Assembly: GCA_963805085.1 (NCBI GenBank)
Contig: CAWDTA010000001.1
Span: forward strand, 1-64,000
Direction of reading: 5' to 3'
From: an uncultured Veillonellaceae bacterium
GTDB taxonomy: Bacteria > Bacillota > Negativicutes > JARBTT01
DNA: 64,000 nt
Of the stretch, positions 41,381 through 51,212 are shown piece by piece. How positions within the stretch are numbered: the stretch's first letter is position 1; every line of letters begins with the position of its first letter. The notes beneath the pieces are model-generated. The model saw only the letters and a list, made by a program, of their open reading frames with translations. It was not told the DNA's origin and ran no database searches. The position numbers were made by a program, and so were the translations under genes.

Positions 41381-42571
41381 ATGAGCGAGAATTGTAATCA
41401 GAATTGTAATAGCTGTACTGATGAGTGTGCGGAAAGAAAGACAGATCTTTTTGAAAAGCCGCATGAGCTGAGTTGCATTAAAAAAGTGATTGGTATTGTG
41501 AGCGGCAAAGGTGGCGTTGGTAAATCTCTGGTGACTTCTATGCTTGCTGTGACCATGAATCGCAGAGGTCATAACGCAGCAATTTTGGATGCGGATGTGA
41601 CAGGACCGTCTATTCCAAGAGTTTTTGGAGTTACAGATAAAATTAGTGGTGGCGAACTGGGGGCATATCCGGTAAAAAGCGATAGCGGTATTGATATTAT
41701 GTCGGTTAACTTGTTTTTGGAAGATGATACGGACCCTGTAGTATGGCGTGGTCCAATAATTTCGAATACGGTTAAACAGTTCTGGACGGATATCATATGG
41801 GATAATGTTGATTTTATGTTCATTGATATGCCGCCGGGAACAGGGGATGTCCCGCTTACTGTATTTCAGTCTATAAAAATGGATGGAATCATTATTGTGG
41901 CTTCACCGCAAGACCTGGTTTCAATGATTGTATCTAAAGCGGTCAAGATGGCTAAAATGATGAATGTACCGATTATCGGATTGGTTGAAAATATGGCGTA
42001 TTTTAAGTGCCCGGGCTGTGAGCAGGAATATAAAATATTTGGCGATAGCCATATAGATGAAATTGCTCAAAAATACAACCTTGATGTTCTAGCCAGGATA
42101 CCGATTGATCCTAAACTTGCAGCAGCCTGTGATAAAGGGGCGATTGAGCTGTTTGATGGTATCTGGTTTGATCATATAGCTAAAATATTAGAAAAAAACG
42201 GGGGTAAGACAATGAAAATTGCGGTAGCGAGTGAAAATGAAATGGTAACAGAACATTTTGGACATTGTGTAAACTTTAATATTTTTGAAGCGGAAAACAA
42301 TAAAATTATTAAAAGTGAATCCATAGTAAATCCAGGACATAAGCCAGGATTTTTGCCAAACTTCTTGAATGACATGGCAGTTAATGTCATTATTTCTGGT
42401 GGCATGGGTCAAGGTGCTATTGATATTTTCAATGAAAAAGGCATTGAAGTTATTACCGGTGCATCAGGTAATGCTGATGCAGCTGCTAATAGTTATTTAG
42501 AGGGAAAACTTATTTCAACAGGATCAGTTTGCCATGAACATCAACATCATGATGAATGCGGTGGTCACTAA
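41381..42571 (+). CDS. Mrp/NBP35 Fe-S carrier ATPase fused to a NifB/NifX domain (MrpORP-like)
   Basis: SGKGGVGKS, VVWRGP, DMPPGTGD, CPGC; C-terminal MKIAVAS..HFGHC domain. Confidence 0.9.
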   Translation: MSENCNQNCNSCTDECAERKTDLFEKPHELSCIKKVIGIVSGKGGVGKSLVTSMLAVTMNRRGHNAAILDADVTGPSIPRVFGVTDKISGGELGAYPVKSDSGIDIMSVNLFLEDDTDPVVWRGPIISNTVKQFWTDIIWDNVDFMFIDMPPGTGDVPLTVFQSIKMDGIIIVASPQDLVSMIVSKAVKMAKMMNVPIIGLVENMAYFKCPGCEQEYKIFGDSHIDEIAQKYNLDVLARIPIDPKLAAACDKGAIELFDGIWFDHIAKILEKNGGKTMKIAVASENEMVTEHFGHCVNFNIFEAENNKIIKSESIVNPGHKPGFLPNFLNDMAVNVIISGGMGQGAIDIFNEKGIEVITGASGNADAAANSYLEGKLISTGSVCHEHQHHDECGGH

Positions 42572-42604
42572 ATAAAGATCTTTTAGATATGGAATATTAG
42601 AAGA

Positions 42605-42647
42605 AATATTAGCCATAAAAGAGAAAAACTTTTATGGCTAATATTTT
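42605..42647 (+). terminator. intrinsic terminator
   Basis: AATATTAGCCATAAAAG-loop-CTTTTATGGCTAATATTTT. Confidence 0.7.
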
Positions 42648-42747
42648 ATGGTTTTGGCAAAAAATGTTTGGAATGTCCAGAAGTTATTAGTCCTCGAACA
42701 CAAAAGCTTTTTGTCCATTTATAAACTGATAGCGGAGCTGTTATATT

Positions 42748-43341
42748 TTGAAATGTGCAAAATGTACTCATAGAAAATGTTATATTGAAGGGCAAAACTG
42801 CACTAAAATTAGATTTAAAGATGTTAAAGAAGCTTATGTAGGAGAGCTTTTAGATATTATGAAGGCTGCTGCCTGCACTGAAGGTCGCTTTTATAACGAT
42901 CTTACCCGGTTAGAAGAAACGGTAGAGTTTTGCAAAAAGATGTGCTACAAGAAAATTGGCATGGCTTTTTGCATCGGTCTTAACCAAGAAGCTAAGTTAA
43001 TTGAGGAATATTTCTCAAAATTCTTTGAGGTCTATTCTGTTTGTTGCAAGGTTTGTGGTGTAGAAAAAGAAAACCTCAGTTTAGAGCAGATTAAAACTGG
43101 GACGCGTGAAGCTATGTGTAACCCTTTAATGCAAGCGAAAATACTCAAAGAAAAAGAAGTTGAATTTTGTGTTACCGTAGGTCTATGTGTAGGGCATGAT
43201 GCTTTATTTACAGGCGCATGTACGGCACCAACATCTTGCTTGGTGGCGAAAGACAGAGTACTGGCGCATAATCCGCTGGGGGCAGTTTACTCACGCTATT
43301 GGCGGAAAAAGCTTGGAATCAATCCGAAGGATCAAGTTTAA
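42748..43341 (+). CDS. DUF1847-like metal-binding protein
   Basis: TRLEE, KKIGMAFCIGL, MCNP..QA, GLCVGHD, KDRVLAHNP. Confidence 0.85.
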   Translation: MKCAKCTHRKCYIEGQNCTKIRFKDVKEAYVGELLDIMKAAACTEGRFYNDLTRLEETVEFCKKMCYKKIGMAFCIGLNQEAKLIEEYFSKFFEVYSVCCKVCGVEKENLSLEQIKTGTREAMCNPLMQAKILKEKEVEFCVTVGLCVGHDALFTGACTAPTSCLVAKDRVLAHNPLGAVYSRYWRKKLGINPKDQV

Positions 43342-43424
43342 TATGGATAATAACTCTGATGAATTTAATCAAATTGTAGAGATATTGATTAGACTTAATT
43401 ACCAATTGAAAGGATGATACGTGT

Positions 43425-44003
43425 ATGGTTCATAAATTTAATCCAGAAAGCAAGCATAAGCTTGATAACCCAGAACGGCGCAAACTTCTTCCACCGGAAG
43501 AAACTTTGTGTCATCTAGGATTAGCAGAAGGTGATATTATGGCAGATATCGGCTGTGGTATTGGCTATTTTACGTTGCCGGCTGCGCGGATTGTTGGTAG
43601 TCAGGGGAAAGTATATGGTCTAGATATTTTGGCAGAAATGCTTGAAATAGTAGAGGATAAGGCTAGAAATAAACATCTAGCGAATGTAGAAACTGTACAA
43701 GTAAAAGAAAATGAATTTATGTTGGCTGACAAAACCATACAATATGTATTAGCTTGTTTGGTTACGCATGAGGTCGAGGACACGTTTGCTTTTTTTCGGG
43801 AAGTGCACAGAATGCTGGAGGCCGAAGGTAAACTGGCAATTATTGAGTGGATTAAACAAGATAGTAAAATGGGACCACCGATAGAACATAGATTAAATAA
43901 TGAAGCAGTGGCAGAGGTTTTACAACAGTGCGGGTACACCAATATTGAGTATATTGTTCTCAATGCTGAAATGTATGCAGTGATAGCTAAACGTGCAAAA
44001 TAA
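43425..44003 (+). CDS. class I SAM-dependent methyltransferase
   Basis: ADIGCGIGYF; LDNPERR; GPP..HR. Confidence 0.9.
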   Translation: MVHKFNPESKHKLDNPERRKLLPPEETLCHLGLAEGDIMADIGCGIGYFTLPAARIVGSQGKVYGLDILAEMLEIVEDKARNKHLANVETVQVKENEFMLADKTIQYVLACLVTHEVEDTFAFFREVHRMLEAEGKLAIIEWIKQDSKMGPPIEHRLNNEAVAEVLQQCGYTNIEYIVLNAEMYAVIAKRAK

Positions 44004-44023
44004 ACAAACAAGGAGTGATTGTA

Positions 44024-44212
44024 ATGGCTGTTGCCTATGTAATTAAAGAAAAATGTCCACAAAATCATGCATGCCCTGCGTTGCCACATTGTCCAACGCA
44101 AGCCATTGTTCAGCAGGGATATCAGGCTCCGGGAGTAATAGCAGAAAAATGTATTGCTTGCGGAAAATGTGTTAAAATATGTCCTAAAGAAGCATTACAA
44201 TTTCAAAAATAA
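44024..44212 (+). CDS. small 4Fe-4S ferredoxin
   Basis: CPQNHACP...CP and CIACGKCVKICP; AAGGAG RBS. Confidence 0.85.
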   Translation: MAVAYVIKEKCPQNHACPALPHCPTQAIVQQGYQAPGVIAEKCIACGKCVKICPKEALQFQK

Positions 44213-44476
44213 TAGCTTATGGCAAGATCATGTTTATAGCTTCAGGGATACGTACAACCTGTAAAAGATGCTATTGTAGGGAAAATGTAAATAATAATTT
44301 TTTTAGAAAGTTTGAGCCGTGAAGTTATAACAAATGCTTCTGGTCAAGCTTTCTTTTAGTTTTACAGTTGCCTATTAACTGTATTTAAAAAGCACCTTGC
44401 GTTTTGCAATACATTATATTATAATATGATAAAAATCTAATATATGAATAAATTATAGTAAAAGGGGAATTTGCTT

Positions 44477-44569
44477 ATGCATAACAATCACGACCACAGT
44501 CATAGTCATACTCATGGACTGCAGCGAGAAGGAAATAGAAAAAGTTTGACCATCGCGATGGTCTTTTGA
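44477..44569 (+). pseudogene. N-terminal stub of a CzcD-like cation diffusion facilitator
   Basis: AAGGGG RBS; MHNNHDHSHSHTHGLQREGNRKSLTIAMVF*. Confidence 0.6.
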
Positions 44570-44757
44570 TAAAAGTGATTGGGGATGCCAAGGTGGGGGA
44601 TACACTTTCGAGGCAGTACAAAAAGCTGGTAAAGAGGATTGAGGTGTAGCATCAATCGATTTTGTTTATCATGCTTTTAATTAAAAAATAAAAAATTTTG
44701 TTTATTTGATCTCAAATTGCAGTCATGTAGGCAACTTTAATTCATGGAGGGATTCAT

Positions 44758-45705
44758 ATGTTACAAGAATTTGCTGATCTTTTAGTCTATCAATGGTTAG
44801 GACTAGTGAAAGGAACTACGTTAGGTGAAGCACTTAACTTTTTTGTCTATGACAGTATAAAAATCTTTTTGATGCTGACGATTATTATTTTTGGTGTATC
44901 TATACTGCGTTCGTATTTTCCGGCAGAACGGACGAAGAAAATTTTAAGTCACAAGCGTGAGTTTTATGGAAATATTGTGGCTGCGTTACTTGGGATCGTT
45001 ACACCATTTTGCTCCTGCTCGGCTGTACCAGTATTCATCGGTTTCATTGAATCAGGTGTACCGCTTGGCATTACCTTTTCCTTTTTAATTTCTTCGCCGA
45101 TGGTCAATGAGGTAGCAGTTGTTATGTTATGGGGGTTATTAGGATGGAAAATTACAGCTATTTATATCTCTTCCGGTGTTATCATTGCCATTATTGCTGG
45201 ATATCTAATTGGTAAATTTAAATTGGAGCATTTAGTGCAAGATTATGTGTATGAGATGAAAGTTGGCGATACTGAGATTGTTGATCAGTCCATTACTGAA
45301 CGTTTGCAGTATGCACGTGATTATACGAAAGAAATCTTAAAAAAAGTATGGATCTATGTCATCGTTGCCATTGCACTTGGTGGCTTTATCCATGGTTATG
45401 CACCAGAAGATTTTTTAGTTGAATATGCAGGTAAAGATAATATATGGGCAGTACCAATGGCAGTATTAATTGGAGTACCTTTGTATTCTAATGCGGCTGG
45501 CGTGATACCGATTGTTACAGCTTTAATTCAGAAAGGTATGAGCTTAGGAACAGCACTTGCTTTTATGATGGCAGTAACTGCTTTGAGTTTTCCAGAAATG
45601 ATTATTCTGCGCAATGTATTAAAACCAAAATTGATTGCAATTTTCATTGCTATTTTGGCGGTATCTATTATCTTTACAGGATATCTTTTTAATATTATAA
45701 TTTAA
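44758..45705 (+). CDS. ArsP/DUF318-family permease
   Basis: TPFCSCSAVP, SSPMVNE, GVPLYSN, ALSFPE. Confidence 0.88.
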   Translation: MLQEFADLLVYQWLGLVKGTTLGEALNFFVYDSIKIFLMLTIIIFGVSILRSYFPAERTKKILSHKREFYGNIVAALLGIVTPFCSCSAVPVFIGFIESGVPLGITFSFLISSPMVNEVAVVMLWGLLGWKITAIYISSGVIIAIIAGYLIGKFKLEHLVQDYVYEMKVGDTEIVDQSITERLQYARDYTKEILKKVWIYVIVAIALGGFIHGYAPEDFLVEYAGKDNIWAVPMAVLIGVPLYSNAAGVIPIVTALIQKGMSLGTALAFMMAVTALSFPEMIILRNVLKPKLIAIFIAILAVSIIFTGYLFNIII

Positions 45706-45773
45706 TCATATTATAATATTAGCCTAATAGAGATGAACAATTTGAAGCAATTTTAAAATAGGAGGTTGGCGCT

Positions 45774-46097
45774 ATGGCAGAAGATATTGTGAACAAGTTG
45801 ACAGCAGAGTTATTTAAAACATTAGGCCATCCGGTACGCATTAAAATACTTAGTATATTAAGAAACGGTGAACGGTGTGTATGTGAGATGATCGAAGAAA
45901 TTGATATTGAACAGTCGAATTTTTCACAGCACTTGGGTGTATTAAAAAAGCAAGGTTTAATTGATTCACGCAAGGATGGTCAAAAAGTCATTTATTCGAT
46001 ATCATATCCATCGGTAACACAATTGATTGAGGCAGCTGAAAAAACTCTAAGCGAACAAATAGGGCACAGTCAAAGTTTGCTGAAATTTTTAAAGTAA
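45774..46097 (+). CDS. ArsR/SmtB transcriptional regulator
   Basis: FKTLGHPVRIKIL, ERCVCE, SQHL. Confidence 0.92.
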   Translation: MAEDIVNKLTAELFKTLGHPVRIKILSILRNGERCVCEMIEEIDIEQSNFSQHLGVLKKQGLIDSRKDGQKVIYSISYPSVTQLIEAAEKTLSEQIGHSQSLLKFLK

Positions 46098-46153
46098 AAA
46101 GGATATCTAGGCTTTAGTCCATAATAAAAAAATAACTAGTTGGAGGGTATATA

Positions 46154-46384
46154 ATGAAAATTGAAATTTTAGGTATGGGTTGTCAAAAATGTAATGCGTT
46201 AGATAACGCTGTAAAACAGGCATCAAAAGAACTTGGAATTGACGCTGAATTTGTCAAAGTAGAAGACATTAAAGAGATTATGAAGTACGGTGTCATGACT
46301 ACACCGGCGCTAGTGGTCGATGGTGTAGTTAAGGTTAGCGGTAAAATACCTAGTATAGAAGAAATTAAAGTACTATTAAAATAG
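46154..46384 (+). CDS. small thioredoxin-like redox protein (MTH895-type)
   Basis: GMGCQKC, YGVMTTPALVVDG. Confidence 0.9.
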   Translation: MKIEILGMGCQKCNALDNAVKQASKELGIDAEFVKVEDIKEIMKYGVMTTPALVVDGVVKVSGKIPSIEEIKVLLK

Positions 46385-46495
46385 AAATTTTAGATACTTT
46401 CATATAAGTAGTGAACAGAAAAGCATCTTCAAGTACAGAATTATGATATTATATAGAAGAAAATTTTTCAAAATACACTAGACTTATTCAAGTTA

Positions 46496-46629
46496 TGTTC
46501 AAACTATTTTAAACAACTATAAAATATACTATCATTATGTTCAAACTTTTATAAACGAAATGATAGTATGTTGCCCTTAAAAGGGTATAATTCATGTAGG
46601 TTCTGTTCAAACTTTTTTACAACGTTACA
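46496..46629 (-). mobile_element. Tn7-like transposon end (spaced TnsB-type sites)
   Basis: TGTTCAAACT repeats at 46496, 46538 and 46604; ends ...ACAACGTTACA (rc TGTAACGTTGT); followed at once by a copy of the glmS terminator half. Confidence 0.65.
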
Positions 46630-46655
46630 CTTGGGATATAACTATCTCAAGAGGT
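46630..46655 (+). repeat. duplicate of the glmS terminator segment 33450-33474
   Basis: CTTGGGATATAACTATCTCAAGAGGT vs CTTGGGATATACTATCTCAAGAGGT (one indel). Confidence 0.85.
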
Positions 46656-46783
46656 AGTTTTATTTGATATGCGGCAGTAATTCGTGTGAAAAATAAGAAT
46701 ATTGTTCATTAATTTATATGAGTAATTAATCTGTTTTCAGGAAATGTTTTTCAGTAGCATACAAACATAGCATGCTTCAAAGT

Positions 46784-46849
46784 TCTAAAGGTATAAAAAA
46801 GTTTGACCAGCATTAAATATGTTTGAACACGAATAAAAAAGATTGAACA
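46784..46849 (+). mobile_element. degenerate Tn7-like end (contiguous sites, 20-bp period)
   Basis: AAAAAAGTTTGACCA 46795, AAATATGTTTGAACA 46815, AAAAAAGATTGAACA 46835; 21/26 match to the rc of the 46629 end. Confidence 0.55.
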
Positions 46850-46900
46850 AAATAATTACTTCCATTATATTAAACTTCTTTTAATTCCACTAAAGTAAAA

Positions 46901-46987
46901 GAGTATTTAAATAAGTTCAGGCAAGGCCGAGATGAGATAGAAGAAAGAGTCAAAGCGTGGGTGTCTGAATATCGTAGGAGCCTGTAA
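46901..46987 (+). pseudogene. C-terminal remnant of an ArsC/LMW-PTP-type arsenate reductase
   Basis: EYLNKFRQGRDEIEERVKAWVSEYRRSL*, upstream of arsR-acr3. Confidence 0.55.
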
Positions 46988-47155
46988 GTCCTTTATGAAC
47001 ATCTAATATTGACGACATAAGATGAATGATATATGATTAAAATTGAATATAGTAATAGAATAATTGCATATTATGATATATTAGAGATTGTTCATCTTTG
47101 CTGGGGTAAGTTGCACTAGATGACGGATAGAAAGATTTAGAATTAAGAGGTGGAA

Positions 47156-47521
47156 ATGATGGATATTGTAGAAGTTCTTAAAGCCTTGTCGGATGAAACA
47201 AGAATTCGGATTTTGAACGTATTATACAAAGAAACTTTATGTGTGTGTGATCTAGAAGAAATCTTAGAACTTAGCCAGTCTAATGCCTCAAGGCATCTAA
47301 TAAAATTAAAAAGTGCCAAATTGATTACTAGTGAAAAGCAAGCGCAGTGGGTATATTATCGGGTTGATGAAAAAATACTTGAGAAATATTCTTTTGTAAA
47401 TGAGCTTTTGGCAAAGGAACTGGATAAAAGTCCACAATGCAAAAAAGATTTTGCGCGAATGAAGAAGTACAAAGATCTTGGTGGGAATTGCGAGAACTCA
47501 ATCAAAATTAATAACGAGTAA
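47156..47521 (+). CDS. arsR: arsenic-responsive repressor ArsR
   Basis: KALSDETRIRIL, LCVCDL, SRHL; precedes acr3. Confidence 0.88.
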   Translation: MMDIVEVLKALSDETRIRILNVLYKETLCVCDLEEILELSQSNASRHLIKLKSAKLITSEKQAQWVYYRVDEKILEKYSFVNELLAKELDKSPQCKKDFARMKKYKDLGGNCENSIKINNE

Positions 47522-47606
47522 AAAGTTTAATCAACAAATGAATAAATTCATTTATAGGCATATAATAAAAAGGTGATGCCTATTTAAAATAATGGAGGTA
47601 TGCAAA

Positions 47607-48689
47607 ATGGTAAATGAGAATACACAAACTCCTCAGAAAAAATTATCTTTTTTAGATCGATTTTTAACTCTGTGGATTTTTGTGGCAATGGCTATTGGCG
47701 TTGGGGGAGGTTATTTATTCCCTGGGGTGGCAGCCTGGCTGGAAAATTTCTCAATTGGAGCGACATCAATCCCGATTGCAATCGGTTTAATTGTAATGAT
47801 GTATCCACCATTAGCTAAAGTAAAGTATGAAGAATTAGGGAAAGTGTTTAAAAATCGCAAGGTAGTGACATTGTCGCTTATTCAGAACTGGATAATTGGC
47901 CCGGTATTGATGTTTGTGCTTGCGATCACTTTCTTGGCAGATAAACCTGATTATATGGTTGGTTTAATCCTAATCGGACTCGCACGTTGTATAGCTATGG
48001 TAATTATCTGGAATTCACTTGCTGACGGGGACAATGAATATGCGGCCGCACTGGTGGCGCTTAATTCAATTTTCCAACTGGTATTATATTCAGTGTTTGC
48101 TTATTTCTTCATTACAGTACTTCCGGGGTGGATTGGTTTTGAGGGAATGAAGATCCATGTATCTATGAAGGATGTTGCCATGAGCGTAGCAATCTATCTA
48201 GGAATTCCTTTTGTGGCTGGATTCTTAACTCGGCATTTCTTACTGCCAGCGAAAGGTCGCGAATGGTATGAAAATACTTTCATACCTAAGATTAGTCCTT
48301 TAGCGTTGATTGCTTTACTGTTCACAATTGTGGTGATGTTTTCGCTAAAAGGTGGCTATATTGTGAAGTTGCCAATGGATGTAGTAAGTATTGCGATTCC
48401 TTTGATTATTTATTTTGCAGTTATGTTCTTGGTTTCTTTTTTCATGAGCTGGCGTATAGGTGTTAATTATGAACAAACAACGACACTTTCTTTTACCGCA
48501 GCAAGTAATAATTTTGAACTTGCAATTGCGGTTGCGGTAGCTATGTTTGGTATAAATTCAGGGCAGGCATTTGCCGCAGTTATTGGACCTTTAATTGAAG
48601 TGCCGGTGATGATCGGTTTGGTTAATGTCGCTCTAGGTTTTCGAAAATATTTTGTAGCTCGTGACCAATTAAAAGAAAATGGGGAATAG
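47607..48689 (+). CDS. acr3: Acr3 arsenite efflux transporter
   Basis: [44 protein letters not shown]. Confidence 0.96.
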   Translation: MVNENTQTPQKKLSFLDRFLTLWIFVAMAIGVGGGYLFPGVAAWLENFSIGATSIPIAIGLIVMMYPPLAKVKYEELGKVFKNRKVVTLSLIQNWIIGPVLMFVLAITFLADKPDYMVGLILIGLARCIAMVIIWNSLADGDNEYAAALVALNSIFQLVLYSVFAYFFITVLPGWIGFEGMKIHVSMKDVAMSVAIYLGIPFVAGFLTRHFLLPAKGREWYENTFIPKISPLALIALLFTIVVMFSLKGGYIVKLPMDVVSIAIPLIIYFAVMFLVSFFMSWRIGVNYEQTTTLSFTAASNNFELAIAVAVAMFGINSGQAFAAVIGPLIEVPVMIGLVNVALGFRKYFVARDQLKENGE

Positions 48690-48846
48690 AGTTAAATGAT
48701 TAAATGTTGATTATATCAGGGGATGGAAGAACTTCGTGCAGAAATGAAATTGGTGTCAGAACCGCGTAATTTTTTGCAGGCAGAGAGTGTATGCTGACCG
48801 GTATAAAAAAGATATTTTGTTGCATTGAATTTTCTATATAAGTTTA

Positions 48847-48897
48847 AACAAAAGGCATATACTGAGATAATTTTTATCTCAGTATATGCCTTTTGTT
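48847..48897. terminator. long hairpin terminator
   Basis: AACAAAAGGCATATACTGAGATAA-TTT-TTATCTCAGTATATGCCTTTTGTT. Confidence 0.75.
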
Positions 48898-49136
48898 CAA
48901 AAAATCATGCTATTTAAACTCATTTACGATAGCCTGACAAAGATTATTAACTAATTCAGGAAATGATTAAAAGAATGAGTTTCACATCCGTATTTTCCGT
49001 AATTCAAAATATAAATATTTTGCAATAGCCTGATGAAAAATATTTGTAGATTTGCTAAAAAATATAACAAACGCTGATTTGATAAATGTATATATTCGAG
49101 AAATTATTTATTGAACAAATAGTTTCTTAAAGAAAC

Positions 49137-49167
49137 AGTTGCAAAACACAACTAAATATAGTAAGAT
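49137..49167 (+). promoter_or_regulatory. promoter with AGTTG-N7-CAACT operator
   Basis: Palindrome 49137-49153 overlaps TTGCAA (-35); TAAGAT (-10) at 49162. Confidence 0.55.
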
Positions 49168-49187
49168 GTTATCAAGAGGTGATCTTT

Positions 49188-49631
49188 ATGAAAAACTTTG
49201 ATTTTAGTCAACGTCTTAGAGAAACTACCCGATTGTTAATTCGAAATCTTGGATTTTTAGATAGGACTGAGGCAGTATGCTGTGGCATCACGTTAACCCA
49301 ATGTCATACAATCGTTGAAACGGGTAGAAGGAAGAAAATATCTGTCAATGAGCTATCAGAATTGCTCAACCTTGACAAAAGTACAGTCAGTAGAACGGTA
49401 GACCAGTTAGTGAATAATGACATTTTAGTTCGGCAATCCGATTTGAGTGACCGACGTTATGTCGTGTTACAGCTCACAGGAAAAGGTGAAGAGTTATTTG
49501 CAAACATCGAGCAGCGAGCAGAAGCATACTTTGCAGAAATTATAGATTCAATACCTGAAGAAAAGCGGGAACAGGTGATAGAAAGTTTGCAGCTTTTTTC
49601 AGAAGCAATACACAACAAACGATGTTGTTGA
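49188..49631 (+). CDS. MarR-family regulator with vicinal Cys pairs
   Basis: LNLDKSTVSR, DRRYV.L.LT.KG; AVCCG and terminal RCC. Confidence 0.9.
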   Translation: MKNFDFSQRLRETTRLLIRNLGFLDRTEAVCCGITLTQCHTIVETGRRKKISVNELSELLNLDKSTVSRTVDQLVNNDILVRQSDLSDRRYVVLQLTGKGEELFANIEQRAEAYFAEIIDSIPEEKREQVIESLQLFSEAIHNKRCC

Positions 49632-49687
49632 TTCATTTAGGAGGTATAATTGCTGATAAATATAAATGAATGATAGGAGGAAATAGT

Positions 49688-50923
49688 ATGACACAAGATA
49701 TTAGGGAAGATGTGAGAAAAAAATATGCACAGGCTATTACCAATAAGCTAAGTTGTTGCGGCGCTGGGGCATCTCATAATCCAATAACGGGAAACTTATA
49801 TGAATCAGATGAAATTGAGGGATTGCCTGAAGACATCGTCAAGGGATCATTCGGGTGTGGCAATCCAACAGCTCTTGCACAATTACATGCAGGGGAGATA
49901 GTCTTGGATTTAGGCAGCGGTGCTGGGCTTGATGTACTTCTTTCAGCAAAGAGAGTGGGACTCTATGGCAAAGCCTACGGGTTAGATATGACAGATGAAA
50001 TGTTAGCAGTAGCCAAAGAAAATCAGGCTCGTTCTGGAATTACTAATGTAGAATTTTTAAAAGGTCACATAGAAGCCATTCCATTATTAGATAATACAAT
50101 CGATGTAATTATCTCTAATTGTGTTATTAATCTTTCAGGTGACAAAGATAAAGTGTTACAGGAAGGGTATCGTGTGCTAAAACCTGGTGGTAGGTTAGCA
50201 ATATCGGATATTGTATTAACTCGTGCCTTGCCTCCAAGTGTACAAAAAAATCTAACCGCTTGGGCAGGATGTATAGCTGGGGCACTACTTGAAGAAGAAT
50301 ACAAGGAAAAACTTATTTCTGCCGGATTTACAAATATAGAAATAGTACGAACACGGACGTATGAGTTTAGCAAAGAACAAGCAGATGTACTTTTAGCTGA
50401 CCTGTCAGAAACGGAAAGAAAAGATTTAAGTGGTGGTTTAGTAAGTGCTTTTATTCGTGCTAAAAAGCCAGCTGATATGCTTGTCGTAGATGAGGGGTAT
50501 ACGATTCGCACTGCTAAAGACTCTGACTTATCTGCGATTGATAAACTTCTGTCAGAGAACGGATTAACAACCTCTGGTGTACGCGAAAATTTATCGAATT
50601 TTTTAGTAGCTGAATGTGGAGATATTGTAGGCGTTATTGGAATCGAATTTGCTGGACATGGAGTAATGCTAAGATCAATGGCAATTTCCCAAGAGTTAAG
50701 GAAACGTGGTATAGGGGCAACCTTATTTAATCGTTGTCTAGAAATAGTACGTGCTGCAGGGATAAAAGATGCATATCTTTTAACGAATACAGCAGAAAAA
50801 TTTGTAGCTCGTTGGGGATTTCATAAGATACAACGATCAGAAATACCAGCTGACCTTATGCAAAGTTCAACGCTAAATAGTTTTTGCCCGGCATCAAGCA
50901 TTTGCATGAAATTAGAATTATAA
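49688..50923 (+). CDS. arsM: arsenite methyltransferase ArsM fused to an ArsN2-like GNAT domain
   Basis: [35 protein letters not shown]; C-terminal [26 protein letters not shown]. Confidence 0.9.
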   Translation: MTQDIREDVRKKYAQAITNKLSCCGAGASHNPITGNLYESDEIEGLPEDIVKGSFGCGNPTALAQLHAGEIVLDLGSGAGLDVLLSAKRVGLYGKAYGLDMTDEMLAVAKENQARSGITNVEFLKGHIEAIPLLDNTIDVIISNCVINLSGDKDKVLQEGYRVLKPGGRLAISDIVLTRALPPSVQKNLTAWAGCIAGALLEEEYKEKLISAGFTNIEIVRTRTYEFSKEQADVLLADLSETERKDLSGGLVSAFIRAKKPADMLVVDEGYTIRTAKDSDLSAIDKLLSENGLTTSGVRENLSNFLVAECGDIVGVIGIEFAGHGVMLRSMAISQELRKRGIGATLFNRCLEIVRAAGIKDAYLLTNTAEKFVARWGFHKIQRSEIPADLMQSSTLNSFCPASSICMKLEL

Positions 50924-51106
50924 AAGAGCTTCTCAAAAAGGAGAACAGTCTATTTTATTTACTGCTTGCAGTATGATATGTACAGCTATTTTATAATAAA
51001 GTAAAGATAAAAAGAAGCCGGGATGAGATTATCCAAAAATCTGTGTAAACATTTATGTTGACCTTTTGAATATATAATTGCTATAATATATACATATAAT
51101 AATATA

Positions 51107-51158
51107 GGCGATGGAGTTCGCCATTAAGTCCGTTTTATAGCGGTGATGACTCCTACTA
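51107..51158 (+). ncRNA. fluoride (crcB) riboswitch
   Basis: GGCGATGGAGTTCGCC...GGTGATGACTCCTAC; pseudoknot GGAGT/ACTCC; operon ends in crcB. Confidence 0.93.
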
Positions 51159-51191
51159 GTACACTTTACTAGTAGGAGTCTTTTGTTTTTT
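51148..51191 (+). terminator. riboswitch-controlled terminator
   Basis: GACTCCTACTAGT-ACACTTT-ACTAGTAGGAGTC-TTTT overlaps the aptamer 3' strand. Confidence 0.88.
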
Positions 51192-51212
51192 AACAGAGAG
51201 AGGAGAGATATT

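Noticed and set aside
44538-44552. AAAAAGTTTGACCA match to the transposon-end site
   Set aside because: Single copy inside the CDF stub coding sequence (RKSLT) with no terminal TGT; probably chance
46496-46849. Short repeats considered as a CRISPR array
   Set aside because: Repeats are only ~15 bp, occur in both orientations and are irregularly spaced, with no cas genes; transposon-end sites fit better
48723-48797. Short frame MEELRAEMKLVSEPRNFLQAESVC
   Set aside because: Too short and no recognisable family
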